Assembly: GCF_000014265.1 (NCBI RefSeq)
Contig: NC_008312.1
Location: 2,700,001-2,732,000 of the forward strand
Direction: 5' to 3'
Origin: Trichodesmium erythraeum IMS101
GTDB taxonomy: Bacteria > Cyanobacteriota > Cyanobacteriia > Cyanobacteriales > Microcoleaceae
Length of the DNA: 32,000 nt
Part shown: in pieces, positions 16,582 to 26,013 of the stretch
Position numbering within the stretch: the first letter of the stretch is position 1
How the letters are laid out: each line of letters opens with the position of its first letter
Made by a program: the position numbers and the translations under genes
The notes under the pieces: model-generated
Told to the model about the DNA's origin: nothing
What the model saw: only the letters and a program-made list of their open reading frames with translations
Databases searched by the model: none

Positions 16582-17496
16582 ATGGCCAATTCTATTTTAA
16601 ATAACAATGGAATTATTTACTCCCAGTCTCAAGCACAGGGACGCATTCGTGGCTTAGTATGGAAACTCTGTATAGCAACCCTAGTATTGATGGCTATTGG
16701 TAGTGCTACCAGAGTGATGAATGCAGGTTTAGCTTGTCCTGATTGGCCGTTGTGTTATGGTAAGTTGGTACCAATGGCACAAATGAACCTACAGGTGTTT
16801 TTAGAATGGTTTCATCGGCTAGATGCAAGTTTAATTGGCTTGGGCGCGATCGCTATGATGGGTTTATCATGGTGGCATAGACAGGAACTACCTAGTTGGC
16901 TGCCCTGGGCATCTACCTTTGCTTTTTGTCTAATAGTCTTCCAAGGTGTACTCGGTGGATTAACAGTTACAGAATTATTACGTTTTGATATTGTTACTGC
17001 TCATCTGGGTACCGCATTACTTTACTTTATGACTCTATTAGTAATAGGTATATCAATGCTGCCATACAAAGGGACTGGAAATGTTGGTAAATTACCTTGG
17101 GTGGGATTAACTGCTGCTATTCTAGTATATTTACAAAGTTTACTAGGTGGGTTAGTTTCTTCTCAATGGGCATTGCATCAATGTTTTGGTCTAGAAGAAC
17201 TTTGCACGGTAATGAATAGTCATTTGGCTGGGGTTGTTCCTCCGACTTTAGTAACATTAATATTAGTAGTAATGGTATGGCGTACCTCTGCTTTACATCC
17301 GCTGCTGCGAAACTTAGCCAACTGTTCTGGTCTATTAGTATTAGCTCAGATAGGTTTGGGGGTTATGACTTTCCGGTTACGTCTGCAAATTGAGCTGTTA
17401 ACTGTATCTCACCAGGCTGTAGGAGCTGCATTACTAGGAACTTTAGTAGCTTTTACTGTTATAGCTTTACGCGATCGACAAGCTGTAAATGTCTAA
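16582..17496 (+). CDS. ctaA: Heme A synthase (COX15/CtaA family)
   Basis: 304 aa, polytopic. ATRVMNAGLACPDWPLCYG and FLEWFHR are typical CtaA/COX15 motifs. Divergent from ctaCDE, as is common in cyanobacteria. Confidence 0.88.
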   Translation: MANSILNNNGIIYSQSQAQGRIRGLVWKLCIATLVLMAIGSATRVMNAGLACPDWPLCYGKLVPMAQMNLQVFLEWFHRLDASLIGLGAIAMMGLSWWHRQELPSWLPWASTFAFCLIVFQGVLGGLTVTELLRFDIVTAHLGTALLYFMTLLVIGISMLPYKGTGNVGKLPWVGLTAAILVYLQSLLGGLVSSQWALHQCFGLEELCTVMNSHLAGVVPPTLVTLILVVMVWRTSALHPLLRNLANCSGLLVLAQIGLGVMTFRLRLQIELLTVSHQAVGAALLGTLVAFTVIALRDRQAVNV

Positions 17497-18048
17497 TTGT
17501 TAATACAGATACAGTAATATACCCCTCTTTTGTGAGTTATTATATTAGAAACGTTAGCTATAACTTTAAGCGTTTAGCTATCAGCTAGCCTTCCACGTAG
17601 GAACTGCGTTAACAGCTCAAATAAAAACTATTAGCTCTAAAGGATTTTTGCTTTGCTCAATATCCCAATATCAAGTTGCATTGATTAACCACAATATAAA
17701 AAGATGGCATACCGATGAGAGAGTCATTTTTAATATAACTCAAGCTAAAAGCTTAGAGATTTAACCCTTGGAGGTTCAGTAGGTTGGAAGTTTTGTAGCG
17801 TTCCAAAAATCAATTTCTAGGCTGCACAGTAGAAGTCATCTAATAGATGACCAAAGATAGCTGATAAATTTGGCTAATTAATGAGACTTGATATAACCTA
17901 GATGCGTAGTGCTATACAAGTAACTAAATTTTTCAAATTTGCTAACATCCAAAATGGACTGGCACTAAGATCCGTTTCTATATAGCTTATAAACTTTAGA
18001 TGATGGAAATTATAACCAGTTTCAATAGAAAATTAACAAATAAAATCC

Positions 18049-19035
18049 ATGCAACAAGTTATTTCTCATAGTCTACCACGGCGCCATAACAATATCCTAC
18101 AGGTATTTAAAAGCTATTATCAACTTACAAAACCCCGCATTATTTTGCTGCTATTAATTACAACTGCAGCGGGAATGTGGTTGGGAGCAAAAGGAGAAGT
18201 ATCTCTCTTTCTTTTGTTCGTTACATTAACAGGTGGTGCATTAGCTTCTGGTGCAGCTAATGCTATTAACTGTATCTACGACAGCGATATTGACTATATT
18301 ATGGAGCGTACTCGCTGGCGTCCTATTCCATCTGGGAGAGTTAAACCTCGTGATGCTCTGATTTTTGCGTTGACTCTGGCAGCAACATCATTTACTTTAC
18401 TCACAGTTTTTGCTAATTTACTAGCTGCACTGTTGGCCATGTCGGGAATAGTTTTTTATGTTGGTGTTTACACTCACTGGTTAAAACGTCACAGTGTTCA
18501 AAATATTGTAATTGGTGGTGCTGCTGGTGCTATTCCTCCGTTAGTGGGTTGGGCCGCAGTCACAGGGGAATTGAGTTGGGCTGCTTGGTTATTATTTGCA
18601 ATTATTGTGGTCTGGACTCCTCCTCATTTTTGGGCATTAGCAATTTATATTCGTGATGAATATCAGGAAGTTGGGGTGCCTATGTTACCTGTAATTGAGG
18701 GAAATGAGGAAACAGCTAGACAGATTTGGGTTTATACTCTAATTTTAATTCCTATGACGCTATTGCTGGTTTATCCGTTGCATGTGAGTGGAGCCATTTA
18801 TGCAGTATTAGCGACTTACCTTGGTGTAATTTTTATTAAGAAAGCTTGGCAGTTGTTGAAAGATCCTTCGAATAAAGATGTAGCACGATCGCTGTTTAAG
18901 TATTCTATCTACTATATGATGTTATTGTGTTTGGTAATGGTCATTGATAGTTTGCCTTTTACTCATGGAATTACTACTGCTTTAGCAGATAGTTGGCAAA
19001 CTTTTATTGGTGGAGCGATCGCAATTTTATTTTAG
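18049..19035 (+). CDS. ctaB: Protoheme IX farnesyltransferase (heme O synthase)
   Basis: 328 aa UbiA-type prenyltransferase. Motifs are [32 protein letters not shown] (NxxxDxxxD) and [10 protein letters not shown]. Confidence 0.93.
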   Translation: MQQVISHSLPRRHNNILQVFKSYYQLTKPRIILLLLITTAAGMWLGAKGEVSLFLLFVTLTGGALASGAANAINCIYDSDIDYIMERTRWRPIPSGRVKPRDALIFALTLAATSFTLLTVFANLLAALLAMSGIVFYVGVYTHWLKRHSVQNIVIGGAAGAIPPLVGWAAVTGELSWAAWLLFAIIVVWTPPHFWALAIYIRDEYQEVGVPMLPVIEGNEETARQIWVYTLILIPMTLLLVYPLHVSGAIYAVLATYLGVIFIKKAWQLLKDPSNKDVARSLFKYSIYYMMLLCLVMVIDSLPFTHGITTALADSWQTFIGGAIAILF

Positions 19036-19151
19036 GAGCTATATCAAAATAAGTTGTATAAATTTCATTTGAGATGAATTGTGAAATTTAGCTTCTATCA
19101 AAAAACTGTTTGAGTTATTTTTACCAAAAAATTGGGTACAAATATAAAGGC

Positions 19152-19178
19152 TCCCCCTTTGAGGGGGACTTTTAATTT
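19152..19178 (+). terminator. GC hairpin + T-rich tail: ctaB terminator and/or terminal hairpin of the adjacent IS200/IS605 remnant
   Basis: TCCCCCtttgaGGGGGActtttaatttt, a 6-bp stem with a 5-nt loop, 117 nt after the ctaB stop. It directly abuts the stop (19174-19172) of the minus-strand tnpA remnant, so the assignment is ambiguous. Confidence 0.5.
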
Positions 19179-19610
19179 TGAATGTACTTTTTAAGATTTG
19201 CAAGTGGTGCGCCTCTAACTAAAGTCACATACAGAGGAAGGACTCCAAAGCAGAGTTTTGTGAGTTTTTGTATATTCTGCTGGGCTATATCATCTACTCG
19301 AAACATCTTTAAGATGATTGACAATTTTGTGATCTGGATAATTTGGGTGGGTATTTGATAGCTATATGAACATGATAATTTTCGCCATTAAATTTTAGTA
19401 TCTTGAAGTTTATCTCTTTACCCCAGGAGGGGAGCAAGAGAAGTGGGTGCAGTACCCTATAAAATTTCAGCCGACATAGGAGCTTCGAGTCGGTTCTTTC
19501 TCTGTGTCTGCTTTCTTCAGAAGAGCTTCGTTAACAGGTCCCAGAGAATCTCAAATAAGTCTTTAGTTTCAATTAGACAATATAATTTTGTTTTAGGTAG
19601 GCAAAATGCT
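19172..19610 (-). mobile_element. tnpA: Decayed IS200/IS605-family Y1 transposase gene (tnpA pseudogene)
   Basis: Hand translation of the minus strand across at least two frameshifts gives EINFKILKFNGENYHVHIAIKYPPKLSRSQ / VNHLKDVSSR*YSPAEYTKTHKTLLWSPSSVCDFS* / RGAPLANLKKYIQN*. This follows the family pattern (..EFNGE.DH[IV]H.L..YPPKLS...VN.LKGVSSR....LWSPSYF..S.GGAPL..LK.YI.NQ). The catalytic-Tyr context WSPSYF reads WSPSSV here. The 5' extent is uncertain. Confidence 0.75.
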
Positions 19611-19667
19611 TACCTTTCCTTTTTATTAGCCTGAGATTATCTAAAATTATTTTTCAAAATATGATTT

Positions 19668-20190
19668 TTAAAACCATTGCAGCTGATTTTTAATGATAAT
19701 TTCTTGGCACATATTACTAACCCATTGAATAACCACAGCATTATAGGGATAAGGTTGATATTGAGTGCGCAAAATTGTTTTTCGCAGTTCATTGAAAAAT
19801 TCAGATTTCGTAACTCTGTATCAACTATTGTCTGTGGTTCCATCTCCAATAGAAGAGAGCACAAAAAAATTCAGTTTACTTTTGACATCTAAACCATAGC
19901 GATCGCTCATCAAACTTCTATGTTGGTTTTCACAAATTTTTCTTTTAATATTATTGTAGGCTTGATTTATTTCCTGATAATTGAAAAATCAAAAAAACCA
20001 CTACAAGCTCTAAATTGTTGGCAACTACACCTCCATTAAAAATTCTATATCCAGTGTATAGTGACTCTCCACTCACTATTAGGAATTGTCTTCCAGCAAC
20101 TTCCGTATTAGCTTTTATAATGCTCATGGCTATAGATGGAGTTTTAGTATTAGGGAATAAAGCGATCGCTTCTGCTTTATCCTAGATAAA
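19668..20190 (-). pseudogene. Frameshifted remnant of an unidentified gene
   Basis: Minus-strand fragments lie in different frames:
- DKAEAIALFPNTKTPSIAMSIIKANTEVAGRQFLIVSGESLYTGYRIFNGGVVANNLELVVVF
- EINQAYNNIKRKICENQHRSLMSDRYGLDVKSKLNFFVLSSIGDGTTDNS*
- YRVTKSEFFNELRKTILRTQYQPYPYNAVVIQWVSNMCQEIIIKNQLQWF*
I cannot assign a family. The overlapping short track ORFs on both strands (19637-19864, 19677-19892) are consistent with debris. Confidence 0.3.
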
Positions 20191-20198
20191 AATTGCTC

Positions 20199-20395
20199 TG
20201 CAGAAAATAGGAAATATAGACAATTTTTGACCAAATAAATAATCGCGTTTATGTAGCAATTCATGATAGTTATACCATGGGTAAATTATCTGTATTTAAG
20301 TATATAAAATATCTCTATTTTGGGATGATAAAGGATTACATTTTTCAGAATATTTGACTTTTGATAACAACTGTGAGGATTCATTTACCCTAAAG
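20199..20395 (+). pseudogene. Degenerate fragment of a type-A ATPase gene (codons ~18-85, including the Walker A region)
   Basis: cagaaaataggaaatatagacaatttttgaccaaataaataatcgcg...ccatgggtaaattatctg...tatataaaatatctctattttgggatgataaaggattacatttttcaga...gataacaactgtgaggattcatttaccc aligns with 20590-20790 of the intact gene at roughly three quarters identity by eye. It contains stop codons. Confidence 0.7.
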
Positions 20396-20466
20396 CAATA
20401 AGCGTAGGTTAGGTCTCAGAAAAAAGCCCCCACAAAAATATAGCGCGTATTAGGTTTGACTAGAAA

Positions 20467-20495
20467 TTTAACAACCCTGAATACTCTGATATAAT
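20467..20495 (+). promoter_or_regulatory. Predicted promoter of ATPase cassette 1 (TTTAAC-N17-TATAAT)
   Basis: tttaac (20467-20472), a 17-nt spacer, then tataat (20490-20495), 43 nt before the G1 ATG. The block ctgaaNactctgatataatNtgaNNttatagtcaaNctaaag recurs upstream of G4 (26014-26042 region). Confidence 0.4.
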
Positions 20496-20538
20496 TGAGT
20501 GTTATAGTCAAACTAAAGTTCAAATAATTTATCTAATT

Positions 20539-21768
20539 ATGTCATCCAATAAATTCTTTCCCAATAAACCTGTTCCTCCAGAGAAGTTTGTCGGTAGAAA
20601 ATCTGAACTATACACAATTTTTGACCAAGTTAATAATCGTGGTCATGTGGCTATTCATGGTGCTTCTGGTATGGGTAAATCATCTTTACTCGACTATATA
20701 AAATATCCTCATTTTTGGGATGATAAAGGATTAAATTTTTCAGAGGCTTTGATTGTTTATCACAACTGTGAGGGTTCATTTACGCCAAATAGTTTTTGGC
20801 AAGAAATTTTACAAGAGTTAAGAAATGAAGCTGAAGGTGATACAGATTTACAGAGTAAGATTGATGATGTCTTAAAATTAGAAACAATAGAAATAAGAGA
20901 TATACGTCGAATACTTAAACAAATTGGGAAAAGAAATAAATTTTTATTATTATTATTAGATGACTATAATGGAATACTTCGTACACCAGAATATTATAGC
21001 AAAGACTATCAAAAGTCTAGAGAAGTACAGACGTTTTTAAGTGGGTTGCGTAATCTGGCAGTTCATAGTACAGAAAGTCAATATTTCTCAACAGTTGTTG
21101 CTGCATTCCAAAAAGTGGATGAGTTAGGTCCAGAGATTCCTCGTGGTGGTTCTCCTTGGTATAATCATTATCTATATGTAGATTTAAAACCTTTTAGTCG
21201 GGAGGATATTAATAATTATTTTTTTAATTCCGATAGTCATTTCTTTATTTCAATTCCTGAAAATATTCAGAAAGAAAAAGTGTTAGAAATTACTAGTGGA
21301 TATCCAATCTTACTTCAACAGGCAGGTTATATATTTTCTAAACTGGATCGAGTTATTGATATTAATACTTTTAAGGCAGAACTTAAAAATCAAACTGAAC
21401 AGATATTTAAGGATATATGGAGAGAATTGACTACAGACGAACAAAAGCTTTTACAGCTCATTGTCATTGATAACTTCAAAGGAGAAGTTAATGGAAAGCG
21501 TTATTCTCATGATGGTATAGATCAAGTATTTGAGGAAAATAAGTATAAACTGACAACCTTGGAGCAAAAAGGTGTTATCTCTCAGAGCCCAGACCAGGAT
21601 AAATATAATTTTTCTTCTTCTTTAATGCAAGATTTAGTTCTTCAAAAATTGGCTGAAAGTATTTGGGACCCTAAAAAGGGTAAAATCTTGTTTGACAGCT
21701 TTGGAACCAAGATTAACTATGAGCAGTCCATGATTGAAGAATTATTAGGAATAATCCCTTTTAATTAA
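20539..21768 (+). CDS. STAND/ATPase_2-like P-loop NTPase, type A (G1)
   Basis: 409 aa. Motifs are FFPNKPVPPEKFVGRKSEL, Walker A GASGMGKSSL, Walker B FLLLLLDDY, LKPFSREDI, GxP-type motif TSGYPILLQQAGY, and a C-terminal winged-helix-like LTTDEQKLLQLIVI...LEQKGVISQ. No effector or sensor domain recognised. Closest paralog is G4. Confidence 0.8.
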   Translation: MSSNKFFPNKPVPPEKFVGRKSELYTIFDQVNNRGHVAIHGASGMGKSSLLDYIKYPHFWDDKGLNFSEALIVYHNCEGSFTPNSFWQEILQELRNEAEGDTDLQSKIDDVLKLETIEIRDIRRILKQIGKRNKFLLLLLDDYNGILRTPEYYSKDYQKSREVQTFLSGLRNLAVHSTESQYFSTVVAAFQKVDELGPEIPRGGSPWYNHYLYVDLKPFSREDINNYFFNSDSHFFISIPENIQKEKVLEITSGYPILLQQAGYIFSKLDRVIDINTFKAELKNQTEQIFKDIWRELTTDEQKLLQLIVIDNFKGEVNGKRYSHDGIDQVFEENKYKLTTLEQKGVISQSPDQDKYNFSSSLMQDLVLQKLAESIWDPKKGKILFDSFGTKINYEQSMIEELLGIIPFN

Positions 21769-21857
21769 TCAAAAAATCAAGAATAGTCAACTCAATTTTG
21801 GCAATTTTCTTTATACTTAAATAAAAAATTAAACCCTAATATGAGGTAGTACTTCAG

Positions 21858-24755
21858 ATGAGTAATTCAGAATTTATTTCTAACCCATATATTATTGGCA
21901 TTCCCATTCGCCAAAAAGATAAATTTTATGGACGAAGAGAAATATTTGATTTTCTTGAAACTCAGCTCAGGCAAAATGTAAAAATTATCTTATTACAAGG
22001 ACAGCGACGAATTGGTAAAACATCAGTTCTTGAGCAGATTAGTAATTTTATTGATTTGAATGATTTTGTTTTTATTCAACTTTCTCTAGAAGATAAAAAA
22101 TCTACAAATATAGAATATTTATTTGAGGAATTAGCAATAGAAATTCAAGATTACATCACAGATAATCTTGAGATAGAAGAGAGTAGTGTCTCTTGTTATA
22201 ATAGTTCTAAATTTCCTAATACATTAAATTGGTTTGAGAAAATATTTTTGCCGGAAGTTTATGAAACTCTAGACGGTAAAAATGTTGTTTTAATGTTAGA
22301 TGAATTTGATAGACTAGATAATATTAATCAAGAGACAGAAAACAAATTTTACAAATATTTGAAGCAGATAGTTACAACAGATAAAAAACTTTTTCTACTG
22401 CCAGTTATAGGCAAACCTGTTGAGGATCTTTCTGAATATTTTCAGGACTCTTTTCGGCAAGCAATTTTGCAAAAAATTGGATTACTAGATGATTCATATG
22501 CTAAAGAGTTAATTATCAATCCAACGAAAAAACTAAAATATCAAGATGAAGCCATCGAGACAATTCTCAGATTATCAGCTAATCATCCTTATTTTACTCA
22601 GGTTTTATGTTTTACTTTGTTTAATAGTGCTAAGGCTAGAGATAGATGGGAAGTAACTTCTCAAGATGTAGAAAGTATTGTTGAAAAAGCGATTACTCAT
22701 TCTCAAACAGGATTAGCATCTTTAAGAAATTCATTACCAATATATGAAAAAGTTGTTTTTTTAGCAGTAGCAAAGTCTCAAGATATAGATGGTATAAAAG
22801 AGCAGTTATTAACTTTAGAAGATTATGGTGTTTCTGTAACGGATGCCTTGAAAAAAGCGTTGAAAAATTTGGATAAATGGGGTTTTTTAGAAAAGCAAAG
22901 TTCTAGTTCCCCACAGGATTTTTATCAATTAAAAGTAGAGTTTGTTCGACGTTGGTTAATTACAAATAATTTCATCAAAATTTTTGGTGAGGCAATTCGT
23001 GAATTAGAAATTGCTGATTTAGAAGCTAATGAGCTTTATCAGGAAGCATGCAAAATAGGAGCAAGCGATATTAATAGTGAGATTGAAAAGTATAAGGAAG
23101 TAATTATAAAAAATCCTAACCACTTTAGCGCTAAATTGAAACTGGCTCAACTTTACTACGAGAATAAAAAATTCGACTCAGCAATTGAATTATATGAAAA
23201 TATTGACAAACTATATCAAAGAATTGATAGGTTTAGAGAGCATAAAAATATCCAGGAGTTTCTACCATTAAAAGTTGAAAATAATTTGCTTGAGGTTCGA
23301 TGGAAATATATTGATATTTTATTAGCAGATCCAGAGAATTTAGACTCTTTAAGATTTGCAGAGGAACAGCTCAAAAAAATATCTGAACTAGAGCCAAATA
23401 ACGAGAAAGTTAATAATAAGTTAAATGATATAAATCTGAAAATTCGTCGCCTGACAGCAAATCCTTTTACGATCAAAAAATATGTTGAACCAGAAGATTT
23501 TGTTGGTCGTAGAGATATTATTAGTTATGCTTTCAATCAAATTAAATATAATAGTAATGGTCTTTTTTATGGTACCCCAGGGATAGGAAAATCTTCATTG
23601 CTCAGATATTTAGTTGAACCTGCATCTTGGGAGATAAAAAAATACAACGTTGATATTAATGATTACTATATATTGCAAATTGATTGTGAATCTATAGAAA
23701 ATTTATCTGTTACTAACTTTTGGAAAGAAGTTATAAGAGAACTAGATCTGGAAACTGCAGATGATACAAAGTTAAAAGATAACATTCAAAAAATCTTAGC
23801 TCAGGAAACAATAACTAAAGTTGACATAGAGTCTTTATTTAGGTCAATTAGCTCTCAAAAATCCTTGGTACTATTGATAGATAATTATGATGCTTTATTC
23901 AAAACCCAAAATAATTATTCCTCAAATGAAGCATTGAAGCTTTTGAGACAGTTGAAAAGTATTAATAATCATAAACGTATAAAATGTTCCCTGATCATGA
24001 CTTCCTCGGAAAAGGTAGAGAAACTGCTTGGAGAGTTAAAAGAAGATACATCAATTTGCGAATATCTTGTTACTTTTCCTCTCGAACCATTTAATGATAA
24101 TGAAATGGAAGAATTATGGGAAAGAATGCCAAAAGAATATAGAGATAGAAGAGTTCTACAAAAAAAAGTCAAAGATTTGACTGGCGGCCATCCGGCGCTT
24201 TTTCAAATTATTTGTTATTATTTGTACGATTTGTGTAAAGTAAATATTGATAAACAGACACAGAAAAATAAATATGAAAACCTAAATAAGTGGTTTTATG
24301 ATCAGGCAAAGTTAATATTAAAAGGAATATGGAAATCATTAACTTTGGCAGAACAAGGAATGTTACTTTTAGTTATTTTATCTGACTTAGAAGGGCGTAT
24401 TAAAAGACATAGGAAGTATGACTTAAGTGGAATTAGAAGGTCGTTTAGAGAACAAGATCAAGTTTTAAATAGTCTAAAATACAGAAAAATAATCACAAAA
24501 ACTGGTACTGATAGAAACCACGAGGATATTTACGATTTAACGTCAGATGCTTTAAAGGAATGGGTAATTAATGAAATTATCATTAAGGATGTTGATGACG
24601 ATGTTGCACAGCGGGAAAAAATCTTTTTATTTATCAAGCAAAAAGATGTCAATATGATTAACCAGCTATTTAAAGAATTATGGAGTAGCAAAGATGAAGT
24701 TAAAGAATCACTGGTTTGTCTTAAGGAAATATTATCCTTATTTTTTGTGGCATGA
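21858..24755 (+). CDS. Fusion protein: type B' NTPase module + TPR/coiled-coil linker + type A NTPase module (G2)
   Basis: 965 aa.
- aa 1-~375: NPYIIGIPIRQKDKFYGRRE, Walker A GQRRIGKTSV, DFVFIQLSLEDK, Walker B VVLMLDEFD, SANHPYFTQVLC, KVEFVRRWL
- aa ~385-530: TPR-like/coiled-coil segment (IKNPNHFSAKLKLAQLYYENKKFDSAIELYENI)
- aa ~535-965: second module with EDFVGRRD, Walker A GTPGIGKSSL, LVLLIDNYD, TGGHPALFQIICY. Confidence 0.8.
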   Translation: MSNSEFISNPYIIGIPIRQKDKFYGRREIFDFLETQLRQNVKIILLQGQRRIGKTSVLEQISNFIDLNDFVFIQLSLEDKKSTNIEYLFEELAIEIQDYITDNLEIEESSVSCYNSSKFPNTLNWFEKIFLPEVYETLDGKNVVLMLDEFDRLDNINQETENKFYKYLKQIVTTDKKLFLLPVIGKPVEDLSEYFQDSFRQAILQKIGLLDDSYAKELIINPTKKLKYQDEAIETILRLSANHPYFTQVLCFTLFNSAKARDRWEVTSQDVESIVEKAITHSQTGLASLRNSLPIYEKVVFLAVAKSQDIDGIKEQLLTLEDYGVSVTDALKKALKNLDKWGFLEKQSSSSPQDFYQLKVEFVRRWLITNNFIKIFGEAIRELEIADLEANELYQEACKIGASDINSEIEKYKEVIIKNPNHFSAKLKLAQLYYENKKFDSAIELYENIDKLYQRIDRFREHKNIQEFLPLKVENNLLEVRWKYIDILLADPENLDSLRFAEEQLKKISELEPNNEKVNNKLNDINLKIRRLTANPFTIKKYVEPEDFVGRRDIISYAFNQIKYNSNGLFYGTPGIGKSSLLRYLVEPASWEIKKYNVDINDYYILQIDCESIENLSVTNFWKEVIRELDLETADDTKLKDNIQKILAQETITKVDIESLFRSISSQKSLVLLIDNYDALFKTQNNYSSNEALKLLRQLKSINNHKRIKCSLIMTSSEKVEKLLGELKEDTSICEYLVTFPLEPFNDNEMEELWERMPKEYRDRRVLQKKVKDLTGGHPALFQIICYYLYDLCKVNIDKQTQKNKYENLNKWFYDQAKLILKGIWKSLTLAEQGMLLLVILSDLEGRIKRHRKYDLSGIRRSFREQDQVLNSLKYRKIITKTGTDRNHEDIYDLTSDALKEWVINEIIIKDVDDDVAQREKIFLFIKQKDVNMINQLFKELWSSKDEVKESLVCLKEILSLFFVA

Positions 24756-24803
24756 TCAAGAGTTACGATTTAGTATATTAAATATTTTTAACTTTCAAGA
24801 AAG

Positions 24804-25916
24804 ATGAACGATTACAAATACAGACCAAATCCTTATATTTTTGGCAAACCAATTTATCAAAAAAAACAATTATTTGGTAGAGAAAATACTGTTAAAAGAA
24901 TTCAAAATAACATTAAAAATAATATAAAAATAACTTTGTTGCATATCCAAAGACGTATTGGTAAAACTTCATTAATAACTTGTTTGCCTCAGTTTTTCAC
25001 TGATGATATTAAGTGTGTTACTTTTTCATTTCAAGGTTATAAAAATAGATCAATACTTGAAATCTTAAATAATCTTGCTGATGAGATTGCTAATACTATT
25101 GATGGAGTCCCTAGAGAAGTAAGAGAACTAGCTGATAGTTCAGAAAATTTTTTTCGGATTTTTTTGCCAAGGATTATTAATAAATACTTATCTGGTAAAA
25201 ACCTTGTTCTTCTCCTAGATGAATTTGATGTTTTAGAAGAAGATCAAACAACGTTTATTCATGGAAAATACTTATTTAATGAATTAAAAAAAGCTGTGAA
25301 CCGAGAAGAAAAACTATTTGCTATCCTGGTTTTTGGTAGACCATTAAAAGATATGACCTATCTAGGAGAATTGTTACAAAAAGAAGGTCAAGAGACTATA
25401 GAAGTTGGTTTGCTGGATAAGAAAAGTACACACAATTTGATTGTTGAGCCAGCTAAGGGAACATTAGAATATGAAGCAGATGCAATTGATGCTATTTGGC
25501 AACTATCCGCGGGTCATCCTTCTCTAACACAACTACTATGCTTGTATATTTTTAGGTTTTGTATTCAAAAAGGAATAAAAAAGGTAACTCATACTCATGT
25601 CGACTCAATTTTAGATGAAGCAATGGAGGGAGGTAAGGCAGCATTAAAAGGCTTTATAGAACCTTTGAATGAAAACGAAAATTTGTTTTTTCGTGCAGTA
25701 GCAAAAGCTCAGAATGAAGTTGGAGAAAACCGACTAAAGGCTAATATAAAAAAATCGCAGTCTGTAGGGAAACGTTTAGCTGAAGAATATGGCTTTTTAG
25801 AAGAAAAAGAAGATGGAACAGGCTATAAAATTAAAGTCGAGTTAGTCCGGCGTTGGCTAGTAAAAAATTATCCTTTATCTGACAAAGAAAAGCTGCAAGT
25901 GGAAAAAGCTATTTAA
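24804..25916 (+). CDS. STAND/ATPase_2-like P-loop NTPase, type B'' (G3)
   Basis: 370 aa. Motifs are NPYIFGKPIYQKKQLFGREN, deviant P-loop LLHIQRRIGKTSLITCLPQ (first Gly replaced by Ile), Walker B LVLLLDEFD, SAGHPSLTQLLC and KVELVRRWL. Close to the N-terminal half of G6 at the DNA level in the P-loop region (about 90% identity by eye). Confidence 0.8.
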   Translation: MNDYKYRPNPYIFGKPIYQKKQLFGRENTVKRIQNNIKNNIKITLLHIQRRIGKTSLITCLPQFFTDDIKCVTFSFQGYKNRSILEILNNLADEIANTIDGVPREVRELADSSENFFRIFLPRIINKYLSGKNLVLLLDEFDVLEEDQTTFIHGKYLFNELKKAVNREEKLFAILVFGRPLKDMTYLGELLQKEGQETIEVGLLDKKSTHNLIVEPAKGTLEYEADAIDAIWQLSAGHPSLTQLLCLYIFRFCIQKGIKKVTHTHVDSILDEAMEGGKAALKGFIEPLNENENLFFRAVAKAQNEVGENRLKANIKKSQSVGKRLAEEYGFLEEKEDGTGYKIKVELVRRWLVKNYPLSDKEKLQVEKAI

Positions 25917-26013
25917 AAAAATAAAATCCCATATTTTGTGTTTTGGATGTGGAACTGCTATTAAAACCTAGCCAACTTAATTAAAGTATGAAATATCTGA
26001 AAGATGCCGAAGA

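Noticed and set aside
19443-19892. Track ORFs 19443-19634(+), 19637-19864(-) and 19677-19892(+)
   Set aside because: They lie inside the IS200/IS605 relic and the adjacent frameshifted remnant. Mutually overlapping short frames on both strands are typical of decayed sequence.
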